64,000 nucleotides of DNA, from positions 25,544,001 through 25,608,000 of the forward strand of contig OZ004615.1 of the NCBI GenBank assembly GCA_963924565.1. Direction: 5' to 3'. Position numbers and translations under genes: made by a program. Each line of letters opens with the position of its first letter. The stretch's first letter is position 1. This document shows, in pieces, positions 53,346 through 64,000 of the stretch. The notes below the pieces were generated by a model, which worked only from the letters and a program-made list of their open reading frames with translations, had not been told where the DNA came from and made no database searches. The stretch is from Ascidiella aspersa. Taxonomy: Eukaryota.

Positions 53346-54789
53346 TGCAGGCTTGGTTGAAACGTTAGCATCTTGGCACTGGCATTATTTCTTTTTTATT
53401 GTTGCTATACCTTCGTTGAAGCATGATTTCGCTAAACTGCTTTAGCCAACTATAAAGTGACAAGAATAAATACTATTTACGTCGTTCAAAGGGGGTGTAC
53501 ATGAGCGTGAGGTTTTTAATGTGTTAAATTGTAAGGCGTTCTTAAACTTTTACTACTTGCTATTTGCGCACTCAACATAGTTATATGATATGAAAATTGG
53601 TCACCACTCAAAGGCACTCATTATTAGACTTTTGGACAAATATATTTTTATTTGGTCGATGATATTTGTATTACGTATACATTATTATGATTAAATTCAG
53701 AAGTGCAGCCTACATGACTAGCCTACTGTTTTATGAACTAATCTCTTAAGTAGCGTCCTCGAGAAGTTGATTATCTCTGGAGTTATCTCACTCAAATACG
53801 CCTGGCATTTGAAGCGTCTGGTTTCACTTTGACAAACCTTGACGTCAGCATGATTTGAGTATCTGGAAGGTGACTACGCAATCCAATGGAAGCTGCAAGG
53901 CAGGCTGGAATTCAACATTTGTTAATCAGTAGCAGTTTTGTTTACGTATTTCAGATGCAGCTATGTATTTTGCTCGTTTCTGCTGTGATACTTCTATGTT
54001 TTAGAATGGGCGTGACCAACCACAAAAGGGCCGGATTAAGGTTACTGTGGGCCAAAGGCTGTTTAATAGAGAAGGGCCCAATTTAACCGCATAAAAGAAA
54101 CGACTTATTTATCTACTTACACACAAGACACATACTCAGTCATTCGTTTTTAAACAAAACTGTACTGTACCGGTACTGGATCTGTGTAACTATTAGCCTT
54201 ACAAAAAATTACCTTATAAAAATTAAGGGCCGAATTTTTCAAGGGCTCAAGGCTATAGCCTTAGTAGACTAAGCCGGTCAGTCCAACGGTCCCAAATTTA
54301 GAAACTAATAAGGCCACGAATTGTAAAGGTGGTATAGCACATGGTGTAGAATGAATTATGACACTCCATGAGTGAATTGCTGAATATCCCCATAATTCAG
54401 TAACGTAAAAGGCGGACTACGGGCTGTACTGTCGGCCGGATTCGAGACTTGATGAAATCGCACATTTGGCCGGAGTCGGACTCGGGCTCAGGTTATTTTT
54501 AACCGACTCAGCAGCCCTGGTCCAAAGTAGACTCGCAACTCTTCTAATTACAAAGCTATTCTTATTTATGTAAGCTAAAACTCTTCTTAAACAGTTGGCT
54601 GTATAAAACGTGCTAATAATTCATGCGACAGTTTCGCGATAAAAGAAAGATACGTACATCTAGTTCATTGCTGGATAGCCTCTTTAAATGTGCAACTGAC
54701 AGTGTATTAGGAATGCATTATTAAAATAATTTATCTTTCATAGGTTTAATTTGTAGCCTTTGAAAGTGAAATTACGACGAAGGCAGAAA

Positions 54790-54853
54790 ATGGACATTGA
54801 AGTTTATATTTTGCTGTTTGTAACTTTAATCTCCGCAAAATGCCTTGCACAAG
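54790..54853 (+). CDS. Secreted multi-LU(three-finger)/EGF protein, exon 1 (signal peptide)
   Basis: MDIEVYILLFVTLISAKCLAQ, hydrophobic core with a small-residue cleavage site; G|GTtagt phase-1 donor. Confidence 0.78.
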
Positions 54854-55316
54854 GTTAGTAAAATTTTCAACAGATCGACTTTTTTGTGCATTTATCAACT
54901 CGCGCAACCGTGCTTCATCGAGTCAAAGTCGGACAAAAAATTAAAATGCTTGTGCAGCTTGTCAATCATATACATAATTTGTCAACCGTGCTAACAAATT
55001 TTAGGCTTAAAAGAACGGCTATTAACCAAGATTAAAACAACCTTATGTGCTTGTATAGAATCCTACAAAATGGGGTTAAAATAATTATAACTTTAAAACA
55101 TCGCACAATATTTGGGGTAGGTTGTCGGTTAATGTTTGGGTGAGGGTGGTGGTTCCAGTATTATTATATCCAATAATATTGCTTAACCTACCCAAACGTT
55201 GTGGTACGATTCTAGGCCAGCGCCCAACATTATAAGTTAATAAAAGGCTTATATTTTAAGATAGAAGAAATAACCTTCTTTTATCAGACAATACAGAAAT
55301 GTGGTTTGTTTTACAG

Positions 55317-55457
55317 TTCCCTTTTCTTGCAAGAGTTGCCACCAAACCAGTTTCACTGGAAACCCTAAAAACGACTTTTGCTTCACCAACGCTTCACTCA
55401 TCCAGTTGTCGGATGAGTGCTCGACCTCGTGTTATTCCAATTTTCAGTTTGAAAACG
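55317..55457 (+). CDS. LU/EGF protein, LU domain 1 N-half
   Basis: tttacAG / GTaaaa, 141 nt, phase 1-1. VPFSCKSCHQTSFTGNPKNDFCFTNASLIQLSDECSTSCYSNFQFEN (CxxC plus 3 Cys). Confidence 0.82.
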
Positions 55458-56048
55458 GTAAAATATTTCTACGGGCTAAAACTTTTTTATTTTAGATATT
55501 CGAATTAAAACTTTTGCGATTCAGCCTGTCATACTATAATTGAGAATTAACCCATGCAAAAACTGTTGTTACAGCGGTAGTTGTTAAAGTTAAATAAGTT
55601 TCAAACAAGAATGACACAATTATGTAATTAGGTCAATTTAATTTAAATATGTTTTTTTGTTTTGTTAAAGTATAATATTTTGAGCATAAACTTATAGAAG
55701 TTGTCTTTTTTATTAGGTTGATTCCTAAATAAGCTGTCCTGCATCAACAATTATAAAAAACACTACAGAAAGCTTGTTGAAAAAAATACGGAAAACAGCT
55801 TACTTTTTACATATGAAACATCCATGTGTAAACTGCTTGCAATGCGCGGCAAAATTTTAGATTTATTTACTAGGCTAAACCGCGCAAGCCGCCGCAAACG
55901 CTGCGCGGTTGGCATCTCTACAGTGCTAAACGTTAAACTAATCATCAATACTTTAAAACATAAGTATTCTATGTCATGTGCAACTTTCAACAGTTCACAG
56001 CGACGCTTAACACTGTTTTTACAGCGCTCTTTTCACTTCCAACGCTAG

Positions 56049-56195
56049 GTCTGGTCACGGCTGTACAGCGAGGTTGCGGCTCAAACGACCAAAACTCAAA
56101 CTCGACTAATTGTCGTGCTGACGTCATCAGTGACGTAGTGAGGAGCACTTGCACGAGATTCTGCGATTCGCCCGATTGCAACGTCATCAACATTG
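56049..56195 (+). CDS. LU/EGF protein, LU domain 1 C-half
   Basis: ctAG / GTgagt, 147 nt. GLVTAVQRGCGSNDQNSNSTNCRADVISDVVRSTCTRFCDSPDCNVINI (RGC...CxxxCxxxxCN). Confidence 0.86.
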
Positions 56196-56852
56196 GTGAG
56201 TGGAATGACTCAAAAACAATGAAAGGAAAGACACAATAAGGCCTACAAGTCAACATATCCCAAGCGGAACAATCTATAATTTAGTATTAAGATCAAGGAC
56301 ATAATAAAGCCAAATGTGTTGCAATATGCAGGAAGTATTAAGAACTTAAACTGCAGCGAGAGGGTATGATACGGTTAGGGGACACCGACTGCTAATAATA
56401 TCTGAAAATGAATAACTGAATAACACCATAGTATTAATCAACGTAAAATTGAAACATTCAAAAGTATTTTTTTCAGACTGTTAACTCTGCTTTAAGGTTA
56501 ACAGGTTTAGTTACTTCCAGTTGTTAACCTACTTAATTATTTGATGAATTTATTTTTTAAGTTTAAATCGCTGCGTAAGTCGTGGCTAAATCCCTACGTT
56601 AATACGGTATTGGATCGGCACCGATACCACCCTAGTATCGGACGAATACCGATACTACTAACTAACATGGGGTATTGGCTCCGATCCGATATTATCGGAC
56701 AAGCTTATCAGAGATAGGTTTAAACATTGAACTTTTGTCGAAATTTTGAAGCATAATGGTTGGAGGTTGTAGTAAGACGAAATAAGAATATCAAAGCCCA
56801 TACAAAAGTAGGTTGCATTTTGAACGTTTTCGATTTCTTCGAAATGTTACAG

Positions 56853-56975
56853 GGAACGTTAAGGATTGTGAGAAACCATGTTCACCCAGTCCTTATGAAG
56901 TGTGTGATTTCTTCCAAGGAAAATGCGTGTGTATTTACGGACATAGTGGAGTCAACTGCAGTGTATCACCTAACG
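56853..56975 (+). CDS. LU/EGF protein, EGF-like domain exon
   Basis: gttacAG / GTaaat, 123 nt. GNVKDCEKPCSPSPYEVCDFFQGKCVCIYGHSGVNCSVSPN has six Cys with the CxCxxGxxGxxC EGF signature. Confidence 0.84.
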
Positions 56976-57397
56976 GTAAATCATATTGTTCGCATCTTTA
57001 AAATATAAGGAATTTCATCAAAGTAGGGTGGAATACCAATTTTCAACCTTCGTTGAGTCATTGATTTGGCTTTTTTGCACTGACTCTCAATTTTTAGAAT
57101 AAATTTGCCCAAAAAGCAAATTATTTCATAATAACCGCTTTACAAAGTTGAAAACAATTATACTAACTTTTTCATTAATTAATAGTTATCCAACTTTTAG
57201 TTTTTCTACACAGTAAATCAGTAAATAAAAAAAAACATCGCTTTATTAACTAATGGAAGTGTTTTTACAAACAGGTCTACGGAGCCGGTTAAAAATAACC
57301 CAAGTCCGAGTCCCGAGTCAGACTTCGGTCAACAAAATGAAAATCAAGCACTGCATTATATGACACAGATAGATAATAGCTACCAATTACTGTACAG

Positions 57398-57535
57398 TGC
57401 CACCAGAACCAAGCACATGCTTCCAATGTGACCAAAGTATAGATGGAGACGCTTGCTTGAATCCAACCAGTTCTTCCAAATGTGATGTCGATCTGCCTTA
57501 CTGCTTCGCCAGCCATACAAGCACCTTAGATCAAG
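57398..57535 (+). CDS. LU/EGF protein, LU domain 2 N-half
   Basis: tgtacAG / GTtatc, 138 nt. VPPEPSTCFQCDQSIDGDACLNPTSSSKCDVDLPYCFASHTSTLDQ. Confidence 0.82.
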
Positions 57536-58071
57536 GTTATCTTTATTAACAGACAAACTTTTGTTCAGAATGTAAACATAACATTATTTCTTCTAAATAA
57601 TTTTAACAGCTTGTATTAGATATAATTACATTGTCCCCGTACACAAAACAAGCCAGGGAGCCTAGGGCCTAGATTAAGGTTTCTTCATACACAAGCTATT
57701 TTTCAGTCTGTGGACATAATTTATAAACCTTAATTCTACTGTACACTTTTACCAGGTTGTATAAAATGTATTAACATTCTCCCCGTATAAAAAAGCAAGT
57801 TTTACCTGCAACAATTTATGTAAGAGCGGTGTAATTTGTCCATGAAACCTCAGCATTTATGGAACTACCAACGAGATGTACAGGTTTTGTTGTGCAATAT
57901 TATTAATTTGGTTGATAAACTTCAAGGAGTAATAAAGTTGTTATTTAAAAAAACATGAACAGCAAATTTGTAAGGCTGTTCGGAACATTTTATTCTGTCA
58001 CATTTAGATAGCTTCGAGAATATGCATTTTACTTGTAATGCTGGAGGTCACATAGATATTTGAATTTTAAA

Positions 58072-58325
58072 TAGCTTGATAATAAATTGCAAAGCCAAAA
58101 AGGTCGAGTAGATCGACAGCATCTTGATTAAGACGTTTCGATACGAACTTGTATCAACTTCAGTGAATGTGACTGGGAAGTAAATCATATCATCACTTAT
58201 AAAAGGTTGGACGCAACTGCTATCACTCAGAGTTTCTACAGTCGGAGCAGTAATCTACTCGGTCTGTTCGGCTTTGCATTTATTATCAAGCTACATTACA
58301 GATCCGTGCATAGTCTACCCATGAA
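58072..58325. mobile_element. Hammerhead-bearing element, copy 3 (minus, 58072-58166) plus an inverted 3' fragment (plus, ~58252-58325)
   Basis: Same ~95-nt sequence with core CUGAAGu...GAAACGUC; the downstream fragment is gctttgcatttattatcaagctacattacagatccgtg. Confidence 0.72.
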
Positions 58326-58463
58326 TTTTAAATGTTTGAGAAGTTCAAGTAAAACGACTTGCCTTGCACAATAGGATATTGCGAAGAACCTAATACAACG
58401 GTTCAAGAGTCCAAAAAAAGTCGCTAAATTCCAATAATTTGCGATAAAACTGTTGATTTTTAG

Positions 58464-58622
58464 ACGGTGAAGTTGTGCACTCAAGTGTAACGCGCGGCTG
58501 TACTGACGTATTGAAGGAGTCACGTGATAGCTGTGTGTTCTCAAGCGTGAAATCGCTTCCCGCCAACACGCAAGTCACGTGCACAGTCACGTGCGAAACC
58601 GACCAATGCAATGACGGCATTC
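58464..58622 (+). CDS. LU/EGF protein, LU domain 2 C-half
   Basis: tttttAG / GTgagt, 159 nt. DGEVVHSSVTRGCTDVLKESRDSCVFSSVKSLPANTQVTCTVTCETDQCNDGI. Confidence 0.87.
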
Positions 58623-59070
58623 GTGAGTTAATTTTAAAGTTGAAAATGCAACAATGATTTTATGCTTTTTCTTCTTTTTAGCTATAGCTACAACTGTGCA
58701 TGAAATAAAAAATAAAATAAAAATATGACCAACTTTTGTTTCAACACATTTTTAAACCATTTTATTATTTTTTTAGTATACTGTAGTAAATGAAAGGTAC
58801 AATTTCATGCCCTTTTAAAAATAGGCAATACAATTTACTAAACAACTTTTATTTGAGTTTAGGTGCAGCTAATTTATACTTCGTAGCGCCAAAGCAAATT
58901 TTGGCCTGATAACGTGGAGAAAACGCCCTTGAATATTTCAATTAAAAAAAAAACCTAAAAAAAATTCACGTTTTCAATTCAGCATTTTTTTCTATAAGCA
59001 TAGTACACATCGGTAATGAAATAAAATGTCCAATATAGAAAGAACATCCTTACTACTAATTTGTTTTCAG

Positions 59071-59235
59071 CAAACGGGATCCCAGCGCACAAGCCCCTCT
59101 ACTGCCTCCAGTGTTCGCAGCACGCGGATGAATGCGCAGCGCAGAAGAGCGCCACCTTGTGCCCAGATGGCTCCACTTATTGCTTCGCGAATGTTTCTTA
59201 TCTCATCGCTTGTAGCGGTGGAGGGGATGCTGATG
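59071..59235 (+). CDS. LU/EGF protein, LU domain 3 N-half
   Basis: ttttcAG / GTcagt, 165 nt. PNGIPAHKPLYCLQCSQHADECAAQKSATLCPDGSTYCFANVSYLIACSGGGDAD. Confidence 0.84.
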
Positions 59236-59752
59236 GTCAGTTTGTCGGTGTTCCACCATCTTTCGTTGATTTAGTAATATATTTGGGTTAACCATAGCTT
59301 ATACTAAACCGATGTTAGTGGTCAGTTTATGGCCGTGTTGTATCAAATTTTTTGTTTATTCAGTGAAATATTCAGTGTGATGTTGATTGTTGACAACAGT
59401 GAAAAAGTGCGCCTTTAAAATACGTTTCCGATGATTTATCTGTTGTCGCATGTTAGTCAGCTTACGTTTGTAGAGTTTTAAGTTGGTTGCTAATGGTCAG
59501 TTAATGGCCGTGTTTCACAAAATCTTTCTTTGATCGAGTGATATGTTTGGGTTAATCGTAGCTTATACTGAGCCGATGCGAATGGTCAGTCTATGGCGGT
59601 GTTTGTAGCGTCGTTGACCCGGCGATGTTGAAATACTACATATAATTTGCGGGATCTACTACTGAATTTTGTACGGTTAAACATTTGTCAGAATCCAGCA
59701 TGCAGTGGGCTTTTGACACGTCTTGGTTAAAATCTAACTGCAAGATGTGTTA

Positions 59753-59950
59753 TTGATAATTATTGCAAAGCCAAAAAGGTCGAGTAGATCGACATCACCT
59801 TGATTAAGACGTTTCTATATGTTTAACTGAAGATGAAACAAGCTTGTGTTCAAGGTCTTAATCAAGATGCTGTCGATTTACTCGATCGTTTTGGCTTTGC
59901 AATTCATTAATTATCAAGCTACATTACAGATCCGTGAAAAATGTACCCAA
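59753..59950. mobile_element. Hammerhead-bearing element, inverted pair
   Basis: A truncated minus copy (59753-59815) abuts a plus copy starting ttaactgaagatga (~59823), forming a long imperfect palindrome. Confidence 0.72.
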
Positions 59951-60028
59951 GATGAATTATCATATTTACTTGCCTCGTATTTGTAATTCCGCAGTTTTAC
60001 ACGTTTTCTTAGTTTTTGTTTTTTTCAG

Positions 60029-60178
60029 CCAAGCTGAATTACCACCTATTACACGTCACTAGAGGTTGCTCCACCGGGGAATACCCCACCGGATGTACGA
60101 ACAGCACAGTTTTGGAAACAATCAAGAAAGTTACTTGCGTTGAAAGTTGTAGCGGAAATGGATGCAACGATGGGTGGC
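60029..60178 (+). CDS. LU/EGF protein, LU domain 3 C-half
   Basis: tttttcAG / GTgggt, 150 nt. AKLNYHLLHVTRGCSTGEYPTGCTNSTVLETIKKVTCVESCSGNGCNDGW. Confidence 0.85.
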
Positions 60179-61572
60179 GTGGGTTTAATTTATTAATTTT
60201 TTATTAATTTTTCTACCAGGTTGTTTACTAGTTTGCCTAAATTTTGAGTTTGGCAAACATAACATAAATATTAATTAGCAGGCGCGTATACAGAATTTTT
60301 GATTTTGAGGGGAACGAAAAATCTGAGGCGGACCACAATGTTAAGTATAACACGATGTCACATAGTAACGTCATACGTAACGTCACAAAAATATATCTGA
60401 ACGTGACGTCATGAAGAAATAACCTTAAGAACGATAAGCATTTTGTTTATAAAAAAAAAATCATAATAAATAAATAAACATTTTGTTTATCTTGTTAAAG
60501 TTTTAGGTTTGGAGAAATGTTGGCCTCCTTTGTCTAGTAGGGGGTATTTTGAACTATTAGTAAGTATTTAAATTACGTGTAGTAATTATTGTAATACCTT
60601 CTTACAATAAGTGAATATTTTTAAAACATTACTGTTGAAGTGGCGAGTAAAGAATCAAAACATAGTCCGCAGCACCTAATGTAAATTTTGTTATCGATGA
60701 GACTTCATAGTAGGACCTCATAGGTAAGCACAATGATTTAGAATTTCAAAACAACATAATGTTTCTAACTATTGTACATAATTGTTTATCCAATAATATG
60801 TTTTTAACTATGTTTCTTCGAATAGTCCGGAATTATGGAATTTATTATTACGGAAAATTAATGAATTATGGAATTGTAGTTTTAAAAAAAGTAGCTGAAA
60901 CAATAAAAAATACATGAACCAGGAATTATTAAAACCTTCACAGTATTTCGTTCATTTATTGAAATTAAAAAAAACGGTTTCCCGATCTTATCCTTAACTT
61001 TAGATGAAGATTTGGAACCGGTTTAGAAAGACAGTAAGCTAAAATCCGGCCCTGTTTGCATAGATAATGAATATTAAAGTGTTATTTATAATGATAATAG
61101 TTAATTCATGTTAATATGTAATTTAAATTCAAAGTGTAGCATTTCAAGTCATTTCAAATGTTTATCAATTGTGCATTTTCAAATGTGTTTCAAATGATTT
61201 CAAGCCTTTTGGCGTCCTATGCCCTTGTCACGAAAAATCTGTAAAAACCTTTTAATCATATCCGCAAGCTCATTTTACTCTCGTACTGTAAACATTCTAT
61301 TCAGTTGGTTCCAGTCAATACACAGAACGGTTGTGGCTTGCCGGCTAGCTGGCTTGCACAAAACCAGCCAACAAAAACTTCGTGGACTTGTATTCAGAAT
61401 CTGACATCTCCATTTTTAGAAGCAAGGTTAATTGACCGAGGCAAAATACATTAATGAGAACTCATAATCAACCCACTTCTACAAAAGGCCTCCCGACCTT
61501 AGCCGAAGACAGTAGCTGAAGGATTTGGAGCCGTGTTTATTAAAATTATATTTTTGTTTCTTTTTTATTCAG

Positions 61573-61731
61573 CTACTCGCCCAAAATGTATCGAGTGCGA
61601 GGGTGAGTACAACTCGGGAGATTCAGGTTTACCGAGTTGCGTACTCGACGCAAACCCGAGTGCAAATATATGCAAGTACCCGTACCAAGAGTTCTGCTTC
61701 ACAAGGAATCGACTCACAAGAACAACTAGTG
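61573..61731 (+). CDS. LU/EGF protein, LU domain 4 N-half
   Basis: ttattcAG / GTgagt, 159 nt. PTRPKCIECEGEYNSGDSGLPSCVLDANPSANICKYPYQEFCFTRNRLTRTTS. Confidence 0.86.
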
Positions 61732-62416
61732 GTGAGTTAACAGAGTTGTAACCAAGGCATTTTAAAATGAGTCCCAGTCAATTGATTTGTCTAAATGACT
61801 CAAGTCAAGACATTTGAAAACAGTTATTTAAGTTCACTTAAGATAGGTCATTAAGTCATTACGACAGTGTGAGTTTATGCAGGAGATTTGTGAGTTTAGT
61901 GTTTCACGAATTAATAAAAAAATTACGCGGCCTACCAATTGGATTTTTTTAATAATATGTGTTTAAATATGCCCCTGACTCCAAGTACAAGCCGCTAAAA
62001 TACCTGTTCTTAACTTCTTGAACTCTAGACAGAGTCACTTAACTCAGTTGATATTGCTTGTTGAGTGTATATTCACAAATCTCAGAAACACAACGATAAA
62101 CGGACACGGTGGTTGAAGTCGCTAGTCAATAAGCCGTATAATCTTGAATGACATCATGTAAAATACCATGGAGTTTTTTGTTTAAATCAAAATTTTATTT
62201 TGACAAACCTGCTACGGACCGGTAATATACATCTCGCGGACCGGCGGTTGCCGACCGCTCATGTAAAATACCATGAAGTAAAATGAAATCGCAAAACGCC
62301 GATAATGCCCGGTTCGGGTGTTGGTCACACGTCAGTGTACATCGGTCACGTGCATTTGGACGTTTTGTTTTCTTGCTTTAAAAAAATATTAAAATTAAAC
62401 AAAAAATTATTCAAAG

Positions 62417-62595
62417 ATTTCCCTGTTCGGGGATTTTCCCTTCACGTGGAGCGTGGATGCAGTTTCGAAAACATGGACAGAGATTGCGCAACAAAGGACA
62501 GCGATGGCGTAACAATGGAACAATGCACTACAAGCTGCACAACGGACGGATGCAACACAGGCGGGTTGCAATTAATAGAGGAAGTGGTTATTTGA
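62417..62595 (+). CDS. LU/EGF protein, LU domain 4 C-half (ends at stop 62595, or at a GC donor after 62560)
   Basis: ttcaaAG acceptor, phase 1. DFPVRGFSLHVERGCSFENMDRDCATKDSDGVTMEQCTTSCTTDGCNT, then either GGLQLIEEVVI* or an acag|GCgggt splice. Confidence 0.78.
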
Positions 62596-63210
62596 CCGGT
62601 TCGCTCTTTTACACTTGCACCCATAAGTGGTTCTTTATTGATTTGGGTTTGGGTTTGGGTTTAGGTATAGATTTAATTTTCCCAGTTTTGTATAATTTCA
62701 AAGATTTTTTCGGAAATCGATTTAAATTATTTTGTTAGCCGGGTAAATAGCTTCAGGAGATGCACATACGCTATTTGACCGGAACTCTCTTTTACACTTG
62801 CACCCATTAGTGATTATTTATTGATTTGGGTTTAGATGGTGGTAGTATTAAATTTAATTTTCCAAGTTTTGCATAATTTCATTGAGTTTTTCGAAAAGTG
62901 ATTTAAACTATGCTTTGTTAGCCGGGTAAATAGCCTAATGAAGTGCATATATGTTGTTTGCCCGGATCGATCTTTCACGCTTACTACTTTGGATTTTTTG
63001 TAGGAAACCGGTTATAACCGCCTTAAATTGGTTTTAATCCATAATTTGGGCCAATTAGAAGCAAAAAATGTTTTGGTAAAATTGAAAATTTGGCAAAGCT
63101 TGATGTTTTTTCGATTTTTGATGATTTAAAAAAAATTAAATTTTTGTGTGAAATTTTTGTAGGAAACCGGTTGGAACCGCCTTAAACTGGTTTAATCCAT
63201 AATTTTGGCC
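62588..63210 (+). repeat. Degenerate tandem repeats (~185-bp unit about 2.3 times, then a ~160-bp duplication)
   Basis: tatttgaccgg...ttttacacttgcaccca at 62589, 62772 and ~62955; tttttgtaggaaaccggtt..aaccgccttaaa at ~62995 and ~63154. Confidence 0.8.
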
Positions 63211-64000
63211 AAAAGCAGGACAATAACTACTGGGCCTGTTTTAAAAGTTCGTGGATTAATGTTGCGACTTCATGCAAACTTATTTAAATACACCGCGTTT
63301 AACTTAAATTGCAAATTAAGTTGTAAGAGTTTTGTGTTTTTTAAATAGTGTATAAAACCCTTTTTTTATTAAGCAGATTCGTTTTTTTTTTTTTTAAAAG
63401 TGGTTTAAACTATTTGTTTTTAGTAAATATGATATATAATCGCCCCATTACGAGAATATTATAACACCAATGGTACATTTAAATACTACACTAATTGGTT
63501 GCTCTAAAAAAATTACCACCATTAATGGAATTGTTGTTCATATGAAATCGAGAAAATAAACAAATTCTCGTTTTAATGAATATACATTTTTAGGTTTACC
63601 AGCAATCAATTTTTATGGATAAAAAGATGATTCAAAAGAAGAACATTTAAAGTTACACAGCTTAAACGTACATTATATCGATCGCGGAAATTATAATTTA
63701 CGGCGAAGTTACGTGTGATTACTGCCAGAAGTCAGAAAAGTCACACGATCTAATAATTTCAAGAGTCAATAAGTTAAACGATTATTTGTACTACACAGAC
63801 CCGGATTTATAGAATCGTGTGGTGCTTTTTTGTTATTTTTCTTTTTATGATTTGGTGCACTTCGAAAAATGATTTGCCTGCGCCGTGGTGTATCATTAAT
63901 TAAGGTTATTGATTCAAGAGTTTTATCAGCAGATTACAAAAATAACAAAAGTCTATTATTATTTTTAAACAAGGAATTATAACATTGTACATTGAATTAT

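Noticed and set aside
52869-54519. One 1.65-kb element bounded by gagtcgg/ccgactc inverted ends
   Set aside because: Flanks show no matching TSD and internal ends exist, so separate fragments are more likely.

Overview
AT-rich eukaryotic genomic DNA with spliceosomal introns. It is most consistent with an ascidian (tunicate) genome; this is inferred from the composition, mosaic CpG depletion, excess TGACGTCA and MITE types. Almost none of the supplied ORFs are genes; the coding content is in short exons assembled by hand with consistent splice phases. There are three + strand genes. (1) A FAM117/GLCCI1-family gene: 9 exons at 18146-42736, first exon not confidently located. (2) A 200-aa atypical Rho-family GTPase: 4 exons at 49360-52747, with degenerate switch I/G3 motifs and a CKIL CAAX box. 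(3) A secreted cysteine-rich protein: 10 exons at 54790-~62595, with signal peptide, LU/three-finger, EGF and three more LU domains; it may continue past the window. Non-coding DNA holds hAT-type MITEs with 8-bp TSDs, a Foldback-like element built of ~92-bp subrepeats, many local tandem duplications (several copying real splice sites), and a short mobile family whose consensus is a minimal type I hammerhead ribozyme (Penelope/retrozyme-like).
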